DNA of 64,000 bases from Bacteroidota bacterium (GCA_947478005.1 CANJVG010000004.1:3092-67091); one strand, 5' to 3'. Positions 1 through 9,340 are shown, counted from the stretch's first letter. Numbers and translations: made by a program. The notes: generated by a model from the sequence alone, not told the origin.

Positions 1-1
1 A

Positions 2-490
2 AATCTTTCTCCCGAACAATTAAATTGGAAACCTGCTGCCGAAAAATGGAGCATTGCTCAATGCCTTGATCATTTGATCGTTTCCAACAACACTTATTAT
101 CCTCAGTTCAACGAATTGATTTCGGGCAAACACCGGAATTCATTTTGTCAAAACATTGGGTTCATTTCCAAATTCTTTGGCGGCTATCTGATTAAAGAAA
201 CCGGGCCTGTAGTGGCCAAGCCAATGAAAAGTCCTCCGGCTTTTGCTCCGTCACAAAGTGCCATTGCGGCAAGCATCTTAAGTGATTTCGAAAAGCATCA
301 AAATGAATTTACTATTTGCATTCGGCAACTGGATAAGGTTGATTTAGATGAGACCATTCTTTCTTCTCCTGCTCTCAAAATCATAACTTATACTTTAACT
401 GACTTGCTCATCATTCTTGGCGGCCACGAACAAAGACATTTGAATCAGGCGAAGAATGTTCTTGCCCATTCGGGATTTCCTTCCAAGTAA
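2..490 (+). CDS. DinB-family protein, 5' end cut by window edge
   Basis: The frame is open from nt 2 (NLSPEQLNWKPAAEKWSIAQCLDHLIVSNN...), so the TTG at 74 is internal. The C-terminal GGHEQRHLNQAKN His-containing helix is typical of DinB four-helix-bundle proteins. Confidence 0.65.
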   Translation, partial: NLSPEQLNWKPAAEKWSIAQCLDHLIVSNNTYYPQFNELISGKHRNSFCQNIGFISKFFGGYLIKETGPVVAKPMKSPPAFAPSQSAIAASILSDFEKHQNEFTICIRQLDKVDLDETILSSPALKIITYTLTDLLIILGGHEQRHLNQAKNVLAHSGFPSK

Positions 491-517
491 TCCTCAGAAC
501 CGATTATCATTGCCCCT

Positions 518-1723
518 ATGAATTTATTCCCTATTCCTATTGACGGACAGAGCAATTATCGAATGGTTGCCAAAACTATTTTCGGTTTGGAGGAACTATG
601 CAAGGAAGAACTAAGAAAACTGGGTGCCGAGAATTTGGAAATTCACAACCGTGCAGTTAGTTTCGATGGCAATATTGGCATAATGTACAAGGCCAATTTG
701 CTTTTGCGCACTGCTCTTCGTGTATTGGTTCAGTTTGCCGAGTTTGAAGTAACGAGCGAGAACGAATTGTATGATGCCGTAAAAAGCATTGCCTGGGAGA
801 ATTTGATTAAAGTAGATGATACCCTTGCTATTGACACTGTATTGAACACCGAAGTCTTCAACCACTCACAATACATTTCGCAGAAAACAAAAGATGCTAT
901 CTGCGACCGGTTCAGAGAGATATGTGATGATAAACGCCCTTCGGTTGATTTAGATAATCCAACCCTTCGGTTGCACTTGCATGTATCCCGAAATCGTTGT
1001 GTCATTGCTTTGGATAGTTCGGGCGATTCATTACACAAGCGCGGTTATCGTGAGAAAACAAATTTGGCTCCAATCAATGAAGTATTGGCTGCGGGTTTGG
1101 TGCAGTTGAGTGAGTGGGACAGGCGCAGCACTTTCGTTGATCCCATGTGTGGCTCGGCAACTATACTGATTGAAGCGGCTATGTTGGCCGCTAATATTCC
1201 TGCAGGTTATTTCCGCGAAAACTTTGGGTTTATGAACTGGAAACAATTCCTCCCTTTCAACGAAGAACTTTGGCAAACCATTCATGAAGCGGCCATAGAC
1301 AAGATTTCTACAGCTGATTTGATTTTGTATGGCATTGAGATTTCTCCGCATGTGGCCCGCAAAGGAAAAGAGAACGTGAAACGCTCGAAAACCGAAGATA
1401 TGATTCGGATTCGTTGTGCCGATTTTATGGAAAGCGATGCCCCGCCTACCGTTGGCAAAGGAATCCTGCTGATGAACCCGCCTTATGGCGAGCGAATGGA
1501 TAAAGACGAAGACATTATTGGCATGTACCACGCCATGGGCGACACCTTCAAAAAGAAATATGCCGGCTACGACTGCTGGATTATCTCTTCCAACCAGGCT
1601 GCTTTAAAAAATGTCGGTCTTGCCACTTCCAAGCGCTACACCGTCTACAACGGACAGTTAGAATGTCGTTTCTTTCGCTACAGCATCTATGCCGGAACGA
1701 AGAAAAAGAAGGTAGAAGAGTAA
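518..1723 (+). CDS. THUMP-domain class I SAM-dependent RNA methyltransferase (RlmL/COG0116-like)
   Basis: 401 aa. N-terminal THUMP-like region, then VDPMCGSATILIEAA (SAM motif I) and LLMNPPYGERM (NPPY catalytic motif). Confidence 0.8.
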   Translation: MNLFPIPIDGQSNYRMVAKTIFGLEELCKEELRKLGAENLEIHNRAVSFDGNIGIMYKANLLLRTALRVLVQFAEFEVTSENELYDAVKSIAWENLIKVDDTLAIDTVLNTEVFNHSQYISQKTKDAICDRFREICDDKRPSVDLDNPTLRLHLHVSRNRCVIALDSSGDSLHKRGYREKTNLAPINEVLAAGLVQLSEWDRRSTFVDPMCGSATILIEAAMLAANIPAGYFRENFGFMNWKQFLPFNEELWQTIHEAAIDKISTADLILYGIEISPHVARKGKENVKRSKTEDMIRIRCADFMESDAPPTVGKGILLMNPPYGERMDKDEDIIGMYHAMGDTFKKKYAGYDCWIISSNQAALKNVGLATSKRYTVYNGQLECRFFRYSIYAGTKKKKVEE

Positions 1724-1803
1724 CTTATTGACTAAAATTCGATGCTTCTTACTAAACCCCAAATACGTTTGCAGGCAAACCTTCAAAATTTTATTATTGC
1801 GCT

Positions 1804-3030
1804 ATGAATCGTGTGGTTATTACGGGCATTGGCATTTGGTCTTGTATTGGAAAAAATACGGAAGAAGTAAAAGACTCGCTTTATCGCGGTAAATCGGGAA
1901 TTATTCTCGACCCTGCCCGAAAGGAATTCGGTTATCGTTCGGGCTTGACCGGTGTTTGTGAAAAACCTCAATTGAAAGGATTGCTCGACAGGCGTGCCCG
2001 CATTATGCTTTCCGAGCCGGGGGAATATGCTTACATGGCTACCTTGCAGGCCTTGGAACAGGCCAAGATGGACCAGGATTTCCTTGACCACCATGAAACA
2101 GGCATTATTTATGGCAATGACAGCACTGCCCAAGCAGTGGTGGAATCTACCGACATCATGCGCGAGAAGAAAAATACTCAGTTTGCCGGTAGCGGAGCCG
2201 TATTCCAAACCATGAACAGCACAGTGAACATGAACCTGGCTACTATTTTCAAGCTAAAGGGAATCAACTTTACCGTAAGTGCAGCTTGTGCCAGCGGTTC
2301 ACATTCCATTGGTTTGGGCGCTTTCCTAATTCGTCATGGCTATCAGGATAGAGTAGTTTGTGGCGGAGCACAGGAGTTGAACATCTTCTCCATGGGAACC
2401 TTCGATGCACTCGCAGCTTTTTCGGTTCGCGAAAATGAGCCCACCAAAGCATCGCGCCCTTTTGATAAGGATAGAGACGGATTAATTCCAAGTGGTGGCG
2501 CGGCTACCGTCATTATAGAATCCCTTGCAAGCGCACAGAAGCGTGGCGCTACTATTCTGGGCGAACTAATCGGTTACGGGTTTTCTTCCAATGGCGGTCA
2601 TATATCTAATCCTACAGTAGATGGTCCCGTTCGTTCGCTAATGACCTGTTTAAATGATGCAAACATAAAGCCTGATGAAATTGATTACATCAACGCTCAT
2701 GCTACTTCTACACCCCAGGGTGATGCCAGTGAAGCACAGGCTTTGGCTGCAGTATTTGGTTCTTATCAACCTCTGGTTAGCTCTACCAAATCAATGACCG
2801 GCCATGAGTGTTGGATGGCGGGTGCCAGTGAAATTGTCTATTCCCTCTTGATGATGCACAATAATTTTGTAGCCCCGAATATCAACTTCGAGAACCCTGA
2901 CGAGTATTCTGCAAAATTGAATATTGCCAAAACTGTTAAAGAGAAGAATATTGATGTATTTTTGTCCAACTCTTTCGGCTTTGGCGGCACCAACTCATCG
3001 TTGATTGTTAGAAAGTGGAAGTATAATTAA
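1804..3030 (+). CDS. beta-ketoacyl-ACP synthase (KAS I/II family)
   Basis: 408 aa. Cys-His-His triad contexts are present: SAACASGSHSIG, NAHATSTPQGD, MTGHECWMAGA. C-terminal FGFGGTNSSLIV. Confidence 0.85.
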   Translation: MNRVVITGIGIWSCIGKNTEEVKDSLYRGKSGIILDPARKEFGYRSGLTGVCEKPQLKGLLDRRARIMLSEPGEYAYMATLQALEQAKMDQDFLDHHETGIIYGNDSTAQAVVESTDIMREKKNTQFAGSGAVFQTMNSTVNMNLATIFKLKGINFTVSAACASGSHSIGLGAFLIRHGYQDRVVCGGAQELNIFSMGTFDALAAFSVRENEPTKASRPFDKDRDGLIPSGGAATVIIESLASAQKRGATILGELIGYGFSSNGGHISNPTVDGPVRSLMTCLNDANIKPDEIDYINAHATSTPQGDASEAQALAAVFGSYQPLVSSTKSMTGHECWMAGASEIVYSLLMMHNNFVAPNINFENPDEYSAKLNIAKTVKEKNIDVFLSNSFGFGGTNSSLIVRKWKYN

Positions 3031-3042
3031 CCCATTATTGTT

Positions 3043-3294
3043 ATGACAAACGAAGAAATAATTTCTAAAATAAACGGGTTCCTGACCGAGGAATTTGAAG
3101 TTGATGAATCAATCATTTCGCCAGATGCAACCCTTAAAGAAACCCTTGAACTGGATTCACTGGATTATGTAGACCTTGTGGTTATTATTGAAGGCAACTT
3201 TGGTATAAAAGTAAAACAGGAGGATTTCACCGGTATTCGCACCTTCCAAAATTTATACGATTACGTTATCAGTAAATTAGCGCAGAAGGCTTAA
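3043..3294 (+). CDS. acyl carrier protein
   Basis: 83 aa. LELDSLDYVDLVV carries the DSL phosphopantetheine attachment motif. It starts 13 nt after the KS. Confidence 0.85.
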   Translation: MTNEEIISKINGFLTEEFEVDESIISPDATLKETLELDSLDYVDLVVIIEGNFGIKVKQEDFTGIRTFQNLYDYVISKLAQKA

Positions 3295-3297
3295 GCA

Positions 3298-4173
3298 ATG
3301 GCGGAGTGGAAAGGTAAATCGCGTGGAAACACCGTTGGCTACGCCATCTTCATCTTCATCTTCAAAAACTTCGGAGTTCGTCCCGCCTATTTGATCCTTC
3401 TCTTTGTAGCTCTTTATTACTTCTTCTTTTCGTTCGAAACATCTAAGCATATCTACCATTACTTCAACCAGCGCATTGGTTACGGCAGGGTTAAATCGTT
3501 CTTCAAAATCTACGAAAGCTACTATCGTCTGGGGCAAATGCTCATTGACAAAACCATGATAATGTCAGGCATGGGAGATCAATTTACTTCCGAATCCTTC
3601 GGTGCCGAAAATATGCGAGCCATTGTGGCAGGAAACAGAGGAGGAATTCTTTTGGGCGCGCATTTGGGAAATTGGGAAATTGCCGGTCACTATCTCATGA
3701 ACTATGGCGACACCATCAATATTCTGGTGTATGACCGCGAACATGAAGCCATCAAAAACTATATGGACCAGGTAACCGGAGGTAGAAAATTCAAACTCAT
3801 CCCTATTAAAGATGACCTTTCACATATTTACGAAATAGGCGAGGCGCTCGAACGCAACGAAATAATAGCCACCACAGCTGACCGTTTTTTGAATGATGGG
3901 AAAACCCGTAGCCTGAAATTTTTAGGGGAGGAAGCGAGGTTTCCTATAGGCATTTTTCAAATTATCAAAACTTTCAGAGCCAATTACACGTTTGTATACG
4001 GGGTAAAGCGAAGTGCAACTCATTATAACTTCTATTGTCGCCCCCACAGAACCGTTACCAAAGAAACAACACTGGATATGATTATGGAAGATTATGTTCA
4101 CGACTTGGAAGGAATGGTGAAAGAAAACCCCGAGCAATGGTTTAACTATTACGATTTCTGGAAAAAAGTATAA
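3298..4173 (+). CDS. LpxL/HtrB-type lysophospholipid (lipid A-like) acyltransferase
   Basis: 291 aa. N-terminal TM segments, the GAHLGNWE motif (H-x-x-N-W-E of the LpxL family) and a C-terminal PEQWFNYY. Confidence 0.7.
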   Translation: MAEWKGKSRGNTVGYAIFIFIFKNFGVRPAYLILLFVALYYFFFSFETSKHIYHYFNQRIGYGRVKSFFKIYESYYRLGQMLIDKTMIMSGMGDQFTSESFGAENMRAIVAGNRGGILLGAHLGNWEIAGHYLMNYGDTINILVYDREHEAIKNYMDQVTGGRKFKLIPIKDDLSHIYEIGEALERNEIIATTADRFLNDGKTRSLKFLGEEARFPIGIFQIIKTFRANYTFVYGVKRSATHYNFYCRPHRTVTKETTLDMIMEDYVHDLEGMVKENPEQWFNYYDFWKKV

Positions 4174-4626
4174 ATGAAATTACCTATCAGCGGACAAGAC
4201 TTAATAAACCTTATTCCTCAAAAGCCGCCTTTTGTACTTATCAGTTCGTTGCAGCAGATTAGCGAAACTCACGCAATCACAACTTTTATATTTAGTGACG
4301 ACCACCCGCTATCTAACCATGGAAAACTAACGGTGGCCGGACTTATGGAAAACATCGCTCAGACAGCAGCGGCAAAAATGGGTTATGAATGCGATTTGCT
4401 GGGCAAAAAAATACCTATTGGTTTTATTGGCGATGTGCGCGATTTCGCTTTCACACAACTTCCTTTGGTGGGAGAAGAAATAGAAACGGAAATTGTTATT
4501 ACCAATCAGATTTTTGATGTCAGCATTATATCCGGCTCAGTAAAACTTAACGGAACTGAGATTGCCCACGGAAAGATGAAGATATTTGTAGAACCGGAGA
4601 ATAAAGCAACCGAACAGCCCGAATGA
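4174..4626 (+). CDS. hotdog-fold 3-hydroxyacyl-ACP dehydratase-like protein (ApeI/FabZ-like)
   Basis: 150 aa. N-terminal LIPQKPPFVLISSL resembles the LPHRxPxLLVD entry motif of FabA/FabZ/ApeI-like dehydratases. The start abuts the upstream stop. Confidence 0.55.
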   Translation: MKLPISGQDLINLIPQKPPFVLISSLQQISETHAITTFIFSDDHPLSNHGKLTVAGLMENIAQTAAAKMGYECDLLGKKIPIGFIGDVRDFAFTQLPLVGEEIETEIVITNQIFDVSIISGSVKLNGTEIAHGKMKIFVEPENKATEQPE

Positions 4627-5057
4627 GCAATAAACACGCATCCTCGCTATTGGCTGTTGCCCGAATCGAAATTCGCTTTAATGAATGCGACCCGCTGGGC
4701 ATTGTATGGCATGGCAACTATGTCAATTATTTTCAGGAAGGGAGAGAAGCATTCGGCAAGAAGTATCACCTTGATTATATGGAGATGTATAACAAAGGCT
4801 TTGCAACGCCCATTGTCCATCTCTCTACCGATTTTAAACGCACACTTCAGTATAAAGACATTGCGCTGGTAGAAACTACCATGAGAATTACCCCCGCTGC
4901 AAAACTGATTTTTGATTACATTATTCGCAACGAAAAGAACGGTGAACTGGTTTGTAAAGGAACCACCACGCAGGTTTTCGTTTCAGGCAAGGCTATGGAA
5001 CTTTCGATGGTAGTTCCAGAAGTATTTGCCGACTGGAAAAAACTAAACGGATTGTAA
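4623..5057 (+). CDS. 4HBT/YbgC-type acyl-CoA (acyl-ACP) thioesterase
   Basis: 144 aa. RIEIRFNECDPLGIVWHGNYVNYF matches the 4HBT active-site Asp context. It overlaps the upstream gene by 4 nt. Confidence 0.7.
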   Translation: MSNKHASSLLAVARIEIRFNECDPLGIVWHGNYVNYFQEGREAFGKKYHLDYMEMYNKGFATPIVHLSTDFKRTLQYKDIALVETTMRITPAAKLIFDYIIRNEKNGELVCKGTTTQVFVSGKAMELSMVVPEVFADWKKLNGL

Positions 5058-6175
5058 TGCCCCCTGTTTACGTAGCAGCCGACAATATCACCTCGCCTTT
5101 AGGAAACTCCACCACAGAGAATTTCGAAAAGGTAACGAACGGGCTATCTACAATCCGTCAAATTACAGACAGTTCGCTTTCTCCTGAGGCTTTTTATGCT
5201 TCCATGTTTGAGCAGATAAATTGCGAAGATGGTTTTACCCGTTTCGAAACTATTTCCATCGCTTCCATCCAAAATTCTTTAGCACAAACAGAGATAAAAC
5301 TCTCGTCTGCCGACACACTCTTTATTCTTTCCACTACCAAAGGAAATATTGAACTGATAGAAGGCAAAGACATGAACGAAGAACTGAGAAGCCGCGTTTC
5401 ATTATTCAATACGGCTAAACTAATTGCCGAACATTTCGGCTCAACGAACAAACCCTTGGTTGTTTCCAATGCCTGCATCTCGGGTGTGCTCTCTGTAATC
5501 ATTGCCAGGCGCTTATTGCAATCGGGTAAATACAAACATGCGGTTATCTGCGGTGCCGATGTGCTTTCAAAGTTTATCATCAGCGGCTTTCAATCCTTGA
5601 ATGCCATGAGTAAGAATCCCTGCAAACCATTTGACAGCAGCCGCGATGGAATTAATTTGGGCGAGTGCGCTGCTACCATTGTTTTGACTACCGACAAATC
5701 GCTTTCAAAAAATATTTTAGTAAATGGCGGAGCCAGCAGCAACGATGCTAATCACATTTCGGGCCCATCACGAACTGGTTTGGAATTATCTTTTGCAATA
5801 AACAAAGCTATGATGGATAGTGGAGTTACTGCCGATGCTTTATCCTTTATCTCCGCCCACGGCACAGCCACCCTTTTCAATGATGAAATGGAAGCAAAGG
5901 CATTTAATCATGCCGCCCTTGCGCAGGTTCCTTTGCATAGTCTTAAAGCGCACTTCGGGCATACACTAGGTGCAGCAGGAGTGCTCGAATCTATCTTTAC
6001 CTATCAGTCGTTATTAGAAGGAATTATACTTCCCAGTAAGAACTTCCACACTTTGGGTGTTTCGGAAAACGTTACGGTCAATAGGGAACTAACAAAAAGC
6101 ATTAAAACACATGCATTAAAAACAGCCTCCGGATTTGGTGGCTGCAATGCTGCCATTGTATATTCGCACGCTTAA
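5057..6175 (+). CDS. beta-ketoacyl synthase (second KS of the cluster)
   Basis: 372 aa. SNACISGV (Cys), ISAHGTATLFND (His), HFGHTLGAAG (His), and a C-terminal SGFGGCNAAIV. Confidence 0.8.
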   Translation: MPPVYVAADNITSPLGNSTTENFEKVTNGLSTIRQITDSSLSPEAFYASMFEQINCEDGFTRFETISIASIQNSLAQTEIKLSSADTLFILSTTKGNIELIEGKDMNEELRSRVSLFNTAKLIAEHFGSTNKPLVVSNACISGVLSVIIARRLLQSGKYKHAVICGADVLSKFIISGFQSLNAMSKNPCKPFDSSRDGINLGECAATIVLTTDKSLSKNILVNGGASSNDANHISGPSRTGLELSFAINKAMMDSGVTADALSFISAHGTATLFNDEMEAKAFNHAALAQVPLHSLKAHFGHTLGAAGVLESIFTYQSLLEGIILPSKNFHTLGVSENVTVNRELTKSIKTHALKTASGFGGCNAAIVYSHA

Positions 6176-6187
6176 ATTATTCAACCA

Positions 6188-7459
6188 ATGAGCACAGAAA
6201 AAGTTGACGTATTAGTAATAGGTGCAGGTCCTGCGGGCACTGTGGCCGCTTCTATAATCAATAAAGCAGGATTCAAAGTAAAGATTGTAGAAAAGGAAAA
6301 ATTCCCTCGCTTTGTTATTGGCGAAAGTTTACTGCCGCGCTGCATGGAAGCTTTAGATGATGCCGGTTTTCTTCCCGTGCTCAAGGAGCAGGGCTACCAG
6401 GAAAAGTTTGGGGCTAAGTTCACCCATGGCGACAACGGCATTATGGACTTTAATTTCAGCGACCAGTTTACCAAAGGCTGGAGCTGGACCTGGCAGGTAC
6501 CGCGCGCTCACTTCGATAATGTACTGGCCACCGAAGTGCAACGGATGGGAGTGGAGGTAGCTTTCGAAACAACCGTTACCGATATTAAATTTGAAGGAAC
6601 CAACTCCACCACCACGGTGGTCGACAAAAGCGGAGTGGAGAGCAAAATTGAAGCCCGGTTTATTGTAGATGGCTCCGGCTATGGCCGCGTTATTCCGCGC
6701 TTGTTCAAACTCGATAGACCTTCCAATCTTCCTCCGCGCAAAACTTTATTCACCCATATCCGCGATACCCGCAGAAACGACTATGTAGAGCCCAACCGCA
6801 TTTTGATAGTCGACCACAAGCCGGGTGTCTGGGCCTGGTGCATTCCTTTCAGCAATGGCATTACCAGTTGCGGTTTTGTAAGCGAACCCGGCTTCTTCGA
6901 TGCCTTCCCGGGCGAACCCGAAAAACAATTGCGCGATATTATTGCCAGCGACTGGAGCATCGCTCCGCGCTTCAAAGACTGCGAGTTCCTGTTCGAACCA
7001 CGCGTCTTGCAGGCCTGGTCTGTCAGCACCGACCGTTTCTTTGGCGATGGCTATGTCCTCACCGGCAACGTCACCGAATTCCTCGACCCTGTTTTCTCTT
7101 CGGGCGTTACACTGGCTACTGCCTCCTCCCAAATAGCGAGCAAACTGGTAGTGCGCCAACTGCAGGGCGAAACCGTGGACTGGCAAAAAGAATATACCGA
7201 TGTGATGATGCAGGGCGTAGATACCTTCCGCTCCTATGTGCTGGCCTGGTACGAAGGCAGCCTGCAAAAAATATTCTTTGCCGAAGTGCGCAACGAAGAA
7301 GTCATTCGCCAGATCTGCTCTGTACTGGCCGGCTACGTATGGGATACCGACAACCCCTATGTAAAAAACCACAGCACCTACCTCAAACGCATGGTGCGCT
7401 TAATAGCCGTAGGCAAAAAGCTCAAAGATTTAGAAGAGAGCGAGATGGAAGGGAATTAA
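6188..7459 (+). CDS. FAD-dependent oxidoreductase with flavin-dependent halogenase motifs
   Basis: 423 aa. VLVIGAGPAGTVAA (GxGxxG), RFVIGESLLP, WAWCIPF (WxWxIP) and FLDPVFSSG (FxxPxxSxG). Confidence 0.65.
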   Translation: MSTEKVDVLVIGAGPAGTVAASIINKAGFKVKIVEKEKFPRFVIGESLLPRCMEALDDAGFLPVLKEQGYQEKFGAKFTHGDNGIMDFNFSDQFTKGWSWTWQVPRAHFDNVLATEVQRMGVEVAFETTVTDIKFEGTNSTTTVVDKSGVESKIEARFIVDGSGYGRVIPRLFKLDRPSNLPPRKTLFTHIRDTRRNDYVEPNRILIVDHKPGVWAWCIPFSNGITSCGFVSEPGFFDAFPGEPEKQLRDIIASDWSIAPRFKDCEFLFEPRVLQAWSVSTDRFFGDGYVLTGNVTEFLDPVFSSGVTLATASSQIASKLVVRQLQGETVDWQKEYTDVMMQGVDTFRSYVLAWYEGSLQKIFFAEVRNEEVIRQICSVLAGYVWDTDNPYVKNHSTYLKRMVRLIAVGKKLKDLEESEMEGN

Positions 7460-7587
7460 CACCCGCCTCGTCATCTACACTTTTGAAAAGATAGCCGGCT
7501 GTTTGTCCCATTATAAATAAGTGAAACGGGATGGGCGGCTGGCTGTTTGTCCTCCTCTCGGAGGAGGTGCCCGAAGGGCGGAGGAGG

Positions 7588-7676
7588 AGGCTGTTTGTCT
7601 TCATTCGGAGAGCCTGTTCCGATTCAAAGTCGGGAAGGTGGCTCGCGGCTCTGCGCGAGACGGAGGAGGAAAAAAC
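7588..7676 (+). repeat. REP-like dispersed element (GGCTGTTTGTCTTCATT...GCGAGACGGAGGAGGAAAAAAC)
   Basis: A reverse-complement copy lies at 26049-26114. GGCTGTTTGTC occurs three times in 7528-7600. A perfect hairpin CCTCCTC-tcg-GAGGAGG lies at 7551-7567. Confidence 0.6.
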
Positions 7677-7742
7677 AAAAAAACAAAATCCTATCGAGAT
7701 GATATAGGTTTTTAGATTCGTGAGGTGAAGCGGTAAGTTAGC
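7671..7742 (+). repeat. P repeat copy 1 (cassette leader element)
   Basis: Contains the core ATAGGTTTTTAGATTCGTGAGGTGAAGCGGTAAGTTAGC, preceded by an A-rich run. It ends 10 nt before the ATG at 7753. Confidence 0.85.
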
Positions 7743-7752
7743 ACTAGCTACT

Positions 7753-8490
7753 ATGAACAAGGTATTCTTGATTTTCTTTACTTTATTTTTATCAAATACT
7801 TTGCTTAGCCAAAGTAACCTGTCGCGCAAAAGAATCGAGAGAACTTTAACGTGTAATAACCTCAATACTGACTCACTAAATGCATATTATAACCCAAAAG
7901 GAGGTTTGATTGATGTATACCAGGATTTATACTGGGAATTAGAAGAAGTCGCGTTTTACAATGACCATGTAGCCTCGCTAATGCCCGAAATGACAATTGT
8001 AACAGTGTTGACATTCCTAGAGGATAGTTTGATTAAAGGCACTTATCTGTTTCACAATAAAGAAGTTTCAATCCAGCATTACGACATTAAGAAAGAATAT
8101 AGACTTGAGATAATTAAAACTATTGGGGAAAGAGTTAAGAAAATTGGATTTCAATTTTCTGACATTAATAAAAGGGAGATAGAAATATACTTTGACTCGG
8201 ACACTTCTGATGTAACCAAGCCTGATGGAAGACATTTTGGTCGACTTGACTATGGTCAAACGTTAATTAACCACACTATAAAAATCTGTAAATTCAAACC
8301 TAACCTTATTGTTTATTCAGAATTTTCGCAAAGAGGGCAACTGATTAAAGAGGGTAGTTATCAATATGTGTCTTCTGCAACGGATACTATTACACAGATA
8401 AATCCCTTTACTCTGGAAGAGGAAGAGATAGCAAGAACATATCCGGTTTATGAGAAAGCAAATGATTGGAAATATTATCTGCCAAAGTGA
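7753..8490 (+). CDS. cassette 1: hypothetical secreted protein
   Basis: 245 aa. Signal-peptide-like MNKVFLIFFTLFLSNTLLSQ. The C-terminal G-x-L-x-K-E-G-x-Y and W-K-Y-Y segments weakly resemble MORN/YwqK-type repeats. Confidence 0.6.
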   Translation: MNKVFLIFFTLFLSNTLLSQSNLSRKRIERTLTCNNLNTDSLNAYYNPKGGLIDVYQDLYWELEEVAFYNDHVASLMPEMTIVTVLTFLEDSLIKGTYLFHNKEVSIQHYDIKKEYRLEIIKTIGERVKKIGFQFSDINKREIEIYFDSDTSDVTKPDGRHFGRLDYGQTLINHTIKICKFKPNLIVYSEFSQRGQLIKEGSYQYVSSATDTITQINPFTLEEEEIARTYPVYEKANDWKYYLPK

Positions 8491-8530
8491 GATTCAACAG
8501 TCTTGATCCTGCCTCTCCTGTCTTTAAGCA

Positions 8531-8610
8531 CCAACCACCCCCCAAAAAAAATAAAATCCCATCGGGATGATATAGGTTTTTAGATTCGTGAGGTGAAAGC
8601 AATAAGTTTA
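8531..8610 (+). repeat. P repeat copy 2
   Basis: ACCAACCACCCCCCAAAAAAAATAAAATCCCATCGGGATGATATAGGTTTTTAGATTCGTGAGGTGAAAGCAATAAGTTTA. Confidence 0.9.
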
Positions 8611-8619
8611 AATTTACTG

Positions 8620-9270
8620 ATGAAGCCAATTCTAAGTTTAATATTCTCTCTCTTGTGTTTGCCGATATTTTCTCAAACGATTGAGGAAACAAAAGTAATA
8701 GCTAACTCTGCTTTAATTAGCATTGTGGGTCGGCCATTTTTTGAAACTGCCTTTAGATATAATTGCACTAAAAGCGCGACAAGAATCGCTTATACTCGTT
8801 GGCCTGACTGTAACAAAAAGACGGTTAAACAGAAAAGGCTTTTTGCAAAAGAAAACCAACAGTCGAAATCGAAATCATTTGAGATAGTATATGACTGCCT
8901 GTTACTTGATACCATAGAAGGGCTTGTGGAAATTCATTTGGATGAAAAAGGCAACGTTAAACGTTTTATTGGCATCAAACCCAGTGATAGCTCCAGTTTG
9001 CTTTCTACTCTTTCTATTACTAAAATAGAAGCCATTGCCATTGCCGTTAAATCTGGCTTTAAGCTTGGCTTTAGTCCCTGGGAAGTAAGCTTGACCTACC
9101 AAAAACCAACAAGCAATCAAGGTGACGAGAAATACTATTGGGAGATAAAAAACACTTTAGTCCCAGTTGATAAAACCCAATGGAACTCTGAAGGGGAGAT
9201 ATTTCGTGTTGATGCTTCAAATGGTGTTGTTTCCGGCAAAATAACTTGGGTAAAACAAATGGAATACTAA
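8620..9270 (+). CDS. cassette 2: hypothetical secreted protein
   Basis: The start was moved from the GTG at 8593 (inside the P repeat) to the in-frame ATG at 8620, giving MKPILSLIFSLLCLPIFSQ. A PepSY-like segment is possible (ITKIEAIAIAVKSGF...YYWEIKN). Confidence 0.6.
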   Translation: MKPILSLIFSLLCLPIFSQTIEETKVIANSALISIVGRPFFETAFRYNCTKSATRIAYTRWPDCNKKTVKQKRLFAKENQQSKSKSFEIVYDCLLLDTIEGLVEIHLDEKGNVKRFIGIKPSDSSSLLSTLSITKIEAIAIAVKSGFKLGFSPWEVSLTYQKPTSNQGDEKYYWEIKNTLVPVDKTQWNSEGEIFRVDASNGVVSGKITWVKQMEY

Positions 9271-9272
9271 TC

Positions 9273-9340
9273 ACCCCAAAAATAAAATCCCATCGGATGA
9301 TATAGGTTTTTAGATTCGTGAGGCGAAGCGATAAGTTATA
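9273..9340 (+). repeat. P repeat copy 3
   Basis: CACCCCAAAAATAAAATCCCATCGGATGATATAGGTTTTTAGATTCGTGAGGCGAAGCGATAAGTTATA. It starts 3 nt after the cassette 2 stop. Confidence 0.9.

Noticed and set aside
6746-7494. Long overlapping ORFs inside and antisense to the halogenase gene (6746-7372 minus, 6838-7494 and 6900-7136 plus)
   Set aside because: They are shadow ORFs caused by locally GC-rich, stop-poor sequence. The translations are Arg/Pro/Ala-rich nonsense, while the 6188-7459 frame carries clear FAD and halogenase motifs.
7422-7865. 147-aa minus-strand ORF covering P repeat 1 and similar antisense ORFs over other P copies (8408-8692, 9071-9415, 9817-10011)
   Set aside because: Each contains the reverse translation of the repeat (LHLTNLKTYII...) simply because the repeat is stop-free on that strand. 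They overlap better-supported plus-strand genes.
8593-8619. Upstream non-ATG starts given by the ORF track (8593, 19891, 25572, 32982, 49771, 51211, 56571, 62263)
   Set aside because: In each case an in-frame ATG shortly downstream yields a canonical signal peptide or conserved N-terminus. The extension either lies inside a repeat or overlaps the preceding gene or regulatory palindrome.
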